Shown here piece after piece: positions 22,737 to 29,617 of a stretch of 64,000 nt of DNA. Source of the stretch: Candidatus Multivoradales bacterium. Its GTDB lineage: Bacteria; Acidobacteriota; Thermoanaerobaculia; Multivoradales; JAHEKO01. A program made the translations under genes and the position numbers. How positions within the stretch are numbered: position 1 is the first letter of the stretch; each line of letters starts with the position of its first letter. The notes below the pieces were generated by a model. That model saw only the letters and a list, made by a program, of their open reading frames with translations, did no database searches and was not told where the DNA came from. The stretch covers positions 160,001-224,000 of the forward strand of contig CBDCVR010000014.1 in NCBI GenBank assembly GCA_965223155.1, in the 5' to 3' direction.

Positions 22737-24073
22737 GAAACAACCTTTCAGTCGTCACGCTGACGGCCACTCTGATCTGGGGGTCTGGTGCGCCAGCGAA
22801 TAGTACACCTTGCCTAGGAATAGGCCTGCCGACGCCGTCCGTCCCGCAGATAAGAGTCGGCAAGATCACTCGCGCAGGAAACGATTTCGATCGAAGCATT
22901 GTTTCGATCGAAGGGTTCCTCGGTGAGGTCGGATACGGTCGTCGAGTATCTTTGTGCCCTGACGCAACTACAGTTGCGATAGCAAACGAGTGCATCCTGC
23001 TTTCCTTTGACGTTGACGCGCTCGGACGTTGGCCCGAAGCCCTCCGGGCCCTGAGGGCGATGGAGGGAAGAGTCGTCAGGGTCGTCGGAAGATTTGAGCA
23101 CGGCTCAGGAAAGGAGCGGGCGCCTGGGACACTCGATGTCTACGCGGGCTATCTGGATTTCGTCTCGAGCGTCCATGTTGTCGATCAGGGCAGCGAGGCC
23201 TTCTGCCTGGAGCACCAGAGAGAAGTTCTGTCTGAGAAGCGTCTGAGGGACTGTCTCCTGGACACAACGATTCCGTTTGCTTGCTTCGATCCGTGGGGCC
23301 CGGTCATTTGGATCGACGAAGACTGGGACTCCGCAACGAATCCGACGCCGATTCGTTACGGTATCCCTAGCGGTTTCGACCTTGAGGACCTAACTGATGC
23401 GGCCGTCCTCTCGAAAACAAGCGTCTTCCTACAGTACGGAGATACTCTATATCGGTGGAACGGCACTGGTCCGGAACTCCTGGAGACCTCGGCCGGCAGG
23501 TTACTTCCCGAACCGGTTGGCGCTGATTCTGCTCAGAGTGTGTTCGTTGAGATCCGACGAGAAGCTCAGGCTAACAATCGGACGTGCCCGGCGAAGAGGG
23601 TGGACTCGCATTCCGCGCCGCAATGCTCTACTGAAGCCGCGCTCATGTTCCTTTGCGAACTAGGTCAAGTGTCTCACGAGTTCGCTCCTGGCCAGATTGC
23701 CTGTCTGGGCCAGGACGATGGCTCGATTTGGGTTCGAAGTCCGGGCGAGCGCTACGCACGACTCGAGTTCACCGAACCGACATCCGGTGGCAGGAGTGCG
23801 ATCGTTCAAGACTTCGAAGCGGAGTCGGCTCGCGAGTTCTTGTTCTCGACCAGCCTAGGACTCTTTCGCTGGGACCAAACTTCGTGGTCGCTCATCGACG
23901 ACTCTCCAACGTCGGCACTCCTCGTTGTCGAGGGAAGCATCTACTACAGGACAGCAAAGGGTGAGGTGCGAAGGGTTGTCGGCGAGAGCTGGTCAACGGT
24001 CGATAAGCCTTGGGAGCAGCTTCGGCGCATCCGGACTCCTCGAGGTTTGGTCGGGGCGACTCTCAAGGACTAG
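22733..24073 (+). CDS. Putative exported immunity protein
   Basis: TTGA overlap with the toxin stop; signal peptide; OB-like domain + Cys-rich segment; paralog of 24089-25450. Confidence 0.7.
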   Translation: MRNNLSVVTLTATLIWGSGAPANSTPCLGIGLPTPSVPQIRVGKITRAGNDFDRSIVSIEGFLGEVGYGRRVSLCPDATTVAIANECILLSFDVDALGRWPEALRALRAMEGRVVRVVGRFEHGSGKERAPGTLDVYAGYLDFVSSVHVVDQGSEAFCLEHQREVLSEKRLRDCLLDTTIPFACFDPWGPVIWIDEDWDSATNPTPIRYGIPSGFDLEDLTDAAVLSKTSVFLQYGDTLYRWNGTGPELLETSAGRLLPEPVGADSAQSVFVEIRREAQANNRTCPAKRVDSHSAPQCSTEAALMFLCELGQVSHEFAPGQIACLGQDDGSIWVRSPGERYARLEFTEPTSGGRSAIVQDFEAESAREFLFSTSLGLFRWDQTSWSLIDDSPTSALLVVEGSIYYRTAKGEVRRVVGESWSTVDKPWEQLRRIRTPRGLVGATLKD

Positions 24074-24088
24074 CCGGCACGGGCATCT

Positions 24089-25450
24089 ATGACCGGGCAT
24101 CGCTTGAGAAGGCTCCTGGCCGGAACGGCCCTCATCACTGCTCTCGGAGGCCTGGGAGCCGGGCCGGCATCGGCTGCCGAACAGAGCTGCCGAGGCGTCG
24201 GAAGTCTTCGGGATGGCGCTCCTGTCGTCTCAATGGACGAATTCGACGCGGATCCGACCCGTTGGTCCGATGTACGAGTGCAGGTATCCGGCCACCTCTC
24301 GAATCGGTCCTGGGCCGAAGCAGGAGTTGGCTTGCTTTGCTCGGAGGGGGAAGCGAGGCGCGAGCCCGGCGGCAGCTCCGGGAGGAACTGCGTCACGATC
24401 AATCTCCCGCTTGCGGATTCCAAGTCTCGATTTTCCCGGCGGCAAGTCATTCGCCGGCTTCTGGGCCGGCGGGTAGTGACCGAAGGAGTGTTCCTTCCGG
24501 CTGAGAAGCAACCGAACACGATCGCTACGGACTTCGGCCACACTCTGGGATCGCTGACAGAGGTCACTGCGCTCCTGAGCCTCGAAAGTGACTCGGCGGC
24601 CCTCTGCGTGTCGGAACAGCGGAACCTCCTGGTCCGCGAGAGGTTTGCGAGTTGTCGTATTCGAAGTCGTTCCGGAGCCGAAGAGCTTTGTCTCGACCCA
24701 CTTGGGCCCGTCGTTTGGCTACGAACGGCGAGCGGGGACGTTCGATCCGTCGCGTTTTCTCTCCCGCCGGGACGGAGGCTGCGAGAGGTCGAAGACCTGG
24801 TCCTTCATCCGCGTGGAGAGCTTGTACTACACATCGGCGGCGACGTTTTCGCTGAGGTGGAAGGAAATCTGGTCAAGCGCAACGAGCGCCCGATTGCGAG
24901 GCTGGTTCAAGACGTTGATGGCCAGGTCTTCGTTCTCAACAGGATCGACGAAGCCGCAACCGAGATTCTCTGCCCCGCGATGGAGCTGGGAAACGACTTC
25001 GAGCTCCGCTGTTCTCAGGAAGCCACGGACTTCTTGATCTGCCCCGATCAAGTAGCAACGAGTGCCCCCTGGACGACGGCCTGCCTGCGCTGGTGGAAGC
25101 GAGAGGTCTGGCTCTCGGACGATGGCAGCCACTGGCGTCGCGTGACCTACGGCCCCCTAGCCGGGGACAAGCCTCTTGTCATTCGTGATGGGTATGTCGA
25201 ATCGGCGAGTCGCTTCTATCTTGCTACTGAGAAGGGACTGTTTCTTGTCGAGCAAGGAAAGGGCCGGCTTGTGGACGAGGCAAGCGTCGAGGCTTTTCGG
25301 GTTGTCGGCGGTCGAACCTTCTATTTGACGAGTACTTGCGAGGTCCGGGAGGTGGTCGGTGACGCCTGGGCGTCCGCGGCGGCCGACTTCGAGGACTTGC
25401 GGCAAGAAGCCGAGGCTTGTCGGAAGTCGCGAAACCTCCGGGAAGACTAG
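24089..25450 (+). CDS. Tandem paralogous immunity protein
   Basis: Signal peptide; shares CxDPxGPVxW, CPA...CSxEAxxxxxC, GLF and EVRxVVG with 22733-24073. Confidence 0.7.
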   Translation: MTGHRLRRLLAGTALITALGGLGAGPASAAEQSCRGVGSLRDGAPVVSMDEFDADPTRWSDVRVQVSGHLSNRSWAEAGVGLLCSEGEARREPGGSSGRNCVTINLPLADSKSRFSRRQVIRRLLGRRVVTEGVFLPAEKQPNTIATDFGHTLGSLTEVTALLSLESDSAALCVSEQRNLLVRERFASCRIRSRSGAEELCLDPLGPVVWLRTASGDVRSVAFSLPPGRRLREVEDLVLHPRGELVLHIGGDVFAEVEGNLVKRNERPIARLVQDVDGQVFVLNRIDEAATEILCPAMELGNDFELRCSQEATDFLICPDQVATSAPWTTACLRWWKREVWLSDDGSHWRRVTYGPLAGDKPLVIRDGYVESASRFYLATEKGLFLVEQGKGRLVDEASVEAFRVVGGRTFYLTSTCEVREVVGDAWASAAADFEDLRQEAEACRKSRNLRED

Positions 25451-25508
25451 GAGATAGGAAGCTCGAGTTGGCCGACACTTCGCAGCTCGCTGGAAGCTTC
25501 GGGAGAGC

Positions 25509-25576
25509 GAGGTTCCACCCTTTTCGCAAGGACTAATCAGTAGTTGACGTTCTCGAAAGGGGTGGAACCTACTTGG
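25509..25576. repeat. ~68-bp imperfect hairpin element, copy 2
   Basis: AGGTTCCACCCTTTTCG ... CGAAAGGGGTGGAACCT ACTTGG; abuts the Rhs core-end motif. Confidence 0.85.
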
Positions 25577-26228
25577 GGAGGGTATGGATATGCGTGGGGG
25601 AATCCGGTGCGGTACCGAGATCCGGATGGGAAGAAGCTGCGGCGGTTCGAGACTAGCGACGAAGACGACGAGCAAGAAGGAGAGGGAGAGGAGGAGGAAG
25701 ATCCGACTTTCTCCGACGCGATAGTCGTCAGTGGCACCGGTGTCCCAGCGGTTTTCGATGCGTGCTCCAGTGACCTCTGGAGAGCATACCCAGAATGCAC
25801 TGGGCAAGATTCGATGACCGAGCTCATTGAGCTTCACCACGACATCGAGTTCGACACGCTGGAGTCTCAGTGGCAGCAGGACAATCGACGGTGCCACGCA
25901 ATACGCATTTGATTCTTGGGACGCTCGGAACACTACGGCGACAAGGAGCTACATCGATCTTCCGTTGATCCGGGGTGCCAAGTACCTATGGGGCATTCAC
26001 ACTCACAACGGTGATGGCAATTCGCATGGAGACGCAAAAACTTCCTGGCTGCTGGGGGCTTGCCTGCGCGAGTCGGGCGAACATTCCTGGGGCGTTCCGT
26101 ATATGGCTGTAGACTCAGACGGGGACTGGTCCGCGGTGCTCGCCCTGCGGAACCCTGATGCCGGACGCACGAGCCGTAAGAGCTTTTTGTCGGTCGACTT
26201 AGGCCAATTTGGGAATCCATGCGGGTAG
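25577..26228 (+). pseudogene. Minimal Rhs cassette H: core-end motif + internally deleted, frameshifted JAB toxin
   Basis: YGYAWGNPVRYRDPDG, then a CT split over ORFs 25544-25912 and 25827-26228; GIHTHNGDGNSHGD; ends LGQFGNPCG like toxin F (LGAFDPCG). Confidence 0.75.
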
Positions 26229-27724
26229 CTGACCTTCCGAACCTCAGGGGACTACCTAGTCTGAAGATCAAGCACGGCGGCCGAGGCTCGGCTGCCGCAG
26301 CCTGGCCAGTGCTTTCCTTAGGAGTCTTCTTGGCTGTGGCTGCTCCGGCCCGGTCCTCTGACCTTGACCGCGGAGGGCGGTCTAGTGATCTTGTGACGGT
26401 TCGCTACCCATGTAGGTCGCTACAGTTGACCACCAGAGTGCGCTGGGATGGTTCCAGACACCGAGCTCTATGTGTTGATCGTCACGACAAAGGGATTCTC
26501 TGGGTCTCCGGGACGGACGACCTGCAAGGGTCAAAGAGGGGTGAATGGCACGGCTACGAGTATCCAACACTTGACGATCATCCGCCAAGCGAGCTTGTCT
26601 CGATAGTGGCAAACGGCAAGGGCAACAGCCGGACCGTCTACTTGTTGTACCGGTGTGGCGATCTCTTCTCCTGGCCGTGGGAATCGCAGGCCTCGCAAGA
26701 ACTCGTGACCCGGGGCGTTCGGCTCCTCGATTCCGATCCGCGCGGCGTGTACTACGTCAAGGGCCCCCACGCGGCGCCGGCTGACGAAGGAGACCTACTC
26801 GTTGTTCTCGATCACCACGACCGAATTCGTTTCTCGTGGCAAAGAGAGGCGAGAAGAATCGAGCACTACAGCAGTGAGAAGAGCTCAGGCGAAGGAGGTT
26901 TGATTTCCGCCGCCACAGAGGCCGCGAGCGAGCTCTGGGAGCATGATGGAAGCGCATGGCAGCAACAGCGAGTTGATCCCTTGTTTGATTGCTTCTCGCT
27001 ATCTCATTGGCTCGAGATCCCGGCTCCAGAGTTTGACTACAGCAAGCCACCTCCGGTGGACATCTTGGGGCACTGGCGAGTGCGACTTGATGAGCGCCGT
27101 AGGGTTCTTGCGAGCAATCGAAAGCCCGTGAGCGCGGGTGGCGCGGTCTTGCCGTTCTTTGTCCCACTTGCTGAGTGGAGAGAGGGAGATCGTTTTGCGA
27201 CCGAAGTAGATGATGGATTTCTTGTGGGTTTCAGCGGCAGGGGTTCGCATGGTGGTGGCCTGTGGTCCTTCTCCATGAGAGGTGACGACGCTTACCTCGT
27301 GTACAGGGGAGATTCGATCGATTCCGTGATTGATCTTGGCCGGGAGGTCATCGCAACGAGTACAGGCAACCGGATGAGTGGCGATGTGGATTGCATCGTC
27401 CGGCTGGGTCGAGATTTCAGAGGTAGGTGGGTAGTTTACGAAACCCTTAGATGTCCCGGCGTTGCCGGCTACACGGTTGAAGGCCCTGGCTCGCTACTCT
27501 TCGTGTCCGATGACGGCGTCTACCGTTACTTCGCTGGGAGTATCGAAGAGGTTCACAAGTTCGGGACGGGGCGAGGTGTCCCGATATCTCTGGCCCAGGA
27601 ATCTGACGCCGTACTCTGGGTTGGCTTGGTCAACTATGTGGTCCGTCTGACTCGAGAGGGAGACGGCTGGAGTGAACAGTGGTATGAGCCGCCGCCTGAA
27701 GCAGCACGAAGCGGACCAAAATAG
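26219..27724 (+). CDS. Putative exported immunity protein (beta-propeller-like)
   Basis: Paralog of 19233-20738; overlaps the toxin H stop. Confidence 0.7.
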   Translation: MRVADLPNLRGLPSLKIKHGGRGSAAAAWPVLSLGVFLAVAAPARSSDLDRGGRSSDLVTVRYPCRSLQLTTRVRWDGSRHRALCVDRHDKGILWVSGTDDLQGSKRGEWHGYEYPTLDDHPPSELVSIVANGKGNSRTVYLLYRCGDLFSWPWESQASQELVTRGVRLLDSDPRGVYYVKGPHAAPADEGDLLVVLDHHDRIRFSWQREARRIEHYSSEKSSGEGGLISAATEAASELWEHDGSAWQQQRVDPLFDCFSLSHWLEIPAPEFDYSKPPPVDILGHWRVRLDERRRVLASNRKPVSAGGAVLPFFVPLAEWREGDRFATEVDDGFLVGFSGRGSHGGGLWSFSMRGDDAYLVYRGDSIDSVIDLGREVIATSTGNRMSGDVDCIVRLGRDFRGRWVVYETLRCPGVAGYTVEGPGSLLFVSDDGVYRYFAGSIEEVHKFGTGRGVPISLAQESDAVLWVGLVNYVVRLTREGDGWSEQWYEPPPEAARSGPK

Positions 27725-27761
27725 CGAGCAAGACAACGGCGTAGCGGGGAGGTAACCAAGA

Positions 27762-27784
27762 CGAAAGGGGTGGAACCTACTTGG
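27762..27784. repeat. Right arm only of the hairpin element, copy 3
   Basis: CGAAAGGGGTGGAACCTACTTGG is identical to 25554-25576. Confidence 0.8.
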
Positions 27785-27920
27785 TCGTCGAGGCCCTGGC
27801 GGCGCGCCGGCAGCGTCCCCTCCCTGTGAAGGGCCCTAGCGCGGGTGGTTTCGTGCCTCTCTGACGAACTAGGCTTCTGGGCAGCACTTGCCTCGCAGCG
27901 CGACCTGAACGACAAGAACG

Positions 27921-28700
27921 ATGCAGAAGATCCGACAGCTCGCCCTAGAGCACATCATCCTCTACGGACTGATGTTTCTTAGCGCCGCTTTGGTGGTGCC
28001 AATCGGTGCGAGGGCAGTTCCGCTGGCGATTCTGGCGCTTGCAGGTCCGATCCTTCTAAGTAGACAACCGCGGTGGGCTGGCCTGGTCTTGGTGTCGTGG
28101 TGTCTGCTTACGTTTGCCACCCAGTTCAGTGCGTATTTCTTCGACTTCGGGACCGGAATCCTCGTGGTCCTCCCAGTCCTCGCCCAGTTGGTGATCAGTT
28201 GGGTTTGGTGGCGCACAGGTCGCATCGCTCCGACGAGTCTCGAGGGGACGATGTCCTGGGACAACGTGGTGCTCGGTTCCGCAGCCATTGCCGCCTTCAG
28301 TTTCGAGGCCTGGCTTCGATTCCCTCAAGATCCCATGAACGCCGCGTTCTTGATGCTCCTCTTCATGACACTGCTTCAGGTGATCTTGCTGCTTGCTTTC
28401 TGGCGGGCCAGCCTTCGGTCCGCGATGAGCCCTGGAGCGGGCGGCAGTTGGCTCGTGGGCTGGTACTTGAGCTATTTCCTCGTTGCCGTGCAGGACGAGC
28501 CTCATGGCGTCGTGCGTTTCGCCCTCTTGCTGTGTTTCTTTACTGGTTGCGTACTCCTGCAGCGCTCGCTATACAAGACTCTGGCAGCGGCCTTCGCAGC
28601 CCGGCGACGGAGGGCAGCCTGGTTCAGCGCAATCGTTGCCATGACAGGACAAACACTCCTCGCAGTGATCGTCTTTTGGGAGATGTATGCGTTCTACTAG
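27921..28700 (+). CDS. Multi-pass membrane protein, orphan immunity paralog
   Basis: RQLALEHIILYGLM vs RQVALEHVVLFSLM; WLVGWYLSYFLV identical to 3525-4304. Confidence 0.72.
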   Translation: MQKIRQLALEHIILYGLMFLSAALVVPIGARAVPLAILALAGPILLSRQPRWAGLVLVSWCLLTFATQFSAYFFDFGTGILVVLPVLAQLVISWVWWRTGRIAPTSLEGTMSWDNVVLGSAAIAAFSFEAWLRFPQDPMNAAFLMLLFMTLLQVILLLAFWRASLRSAMSPGAGGSWLVGWYLSYFLVAVQDEPHGVVRFALLLCFFTGCVLLQRSLYKTLAAAFAARRRRAAWFSAIVAMTGQTLLAVIVFWEMYAFY

Positions 28701-28820
28701 CTTCGACGTCGGCTCGCCTGGTTTCCGTAGATGTCCCAGGCTTTTCCCGTAGCCTTTCTTGGAGCGGAGTGTGAGTGCGGAAGAAGACGCGGCTTTTCAC
28801 TTAGAAAGGCAGCTAGGTAG

Positions 28821-29429
28821 ATGATGTTGGCACTCTTGGTACTGGGATTGTCGCTACTCGGATCTTCGACGACAGCGATGGAGGAGGCGCACTTTCTTGT
28901 CGAAATGGATCGCTTCCAGGAGCAGGGGATGGCCCAAGAGCACGCAATTTCCAGAGGTGGATGGGTGCTAGGAGCCAATCTCTATTCGGATCTCGAGTCG
29001 GACGGCACCACTCAAGGTGGATCCTTTCTCTCGGTTAGGGGACCGTTCCCGACGCGCGAGGAAGCTGAGCGCCTGGCAAGCGAACTGCGGCGCCTGGCCG
29101 TCGCGCCAAACGCAACAGTCCGAGCCCTCGGGGAGCCCTCACAAGCTCTTGCCGAGCTGGCAGGCGACCTGCCACCGCCTGTCTTCGCTGCGGTTCTGGG
29201 GCAGATGCGCATCGATCTCTCGCCCAGCGGAGGAGGCAATCATCCCTGTGAGCCGCAGGAGTCCAATCAGGCGATTGGCGTGTCTTTTGTCAGCGGCGAA
29301 CGGGCCTGGGGAGGAGAAGATGGGACGGAGATCACTATTAGGAGTGTGAAGTCTCAGGTCGAGTTGGGCGGCCTCTGGTACTTGCCGGGAACGGACTCGA
29401 TTGTGCGGATGGCAGTCTGCAGCGAGTAA
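28821..29429 (+). CDS. Exported hypothetical protein with SPOR-like segment
   Basis: Signal peptide; VRGPFPTREEAERLASELRR resembles the SPOR motif. Confidence 0.5.
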   Translation: MMLALLVLGLSLLGSSTTAMEEAHFLVEMDRFQEQGMAQEHAISRGGWVLGANLYSDLESDGTTQGGSFLSVRGPFPTREEAERLASELRRLAVAPNATVRALGEPSQALAELAGDLPPPVFAAVLGQMRIDLSPSGGGNHPCEPQESNQAIGVSFVSGERAWGGEDGTEITIRSVKSQVELGGLWYLPGTDSIVRMAVCSE

Positions 29430-29490
29430 CCCAGTGAAGAAGCACTCACTCCTTCCCTAGAGCTAGAAAGAATCGATACAGGAGGACCGG

Positions 29491-29576
29491 CGCCTGGGTG
29501 ACCGACCTCCACGACTACTCCGGCGCCGCCGTCGCTCCCTCGGCCAAGACCACGAGCTTCGCCCGAGGTCCCTACC
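29491..29576 (+). repeat. Degenerate Rhs core remnant marking the end of the array
   Basis: CGCCTGGGTGACCGACCTC...GCCAAGACCACGAGCTTCGCCCGAGGTCCCTACC matches the core at ~7188-7273. Confidence 0.85.
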
Positions 29577-29617
29577 GAACGGTCGAGCTCGCCGCCGACG
29601 ATCCCGCCCGACGGCCG

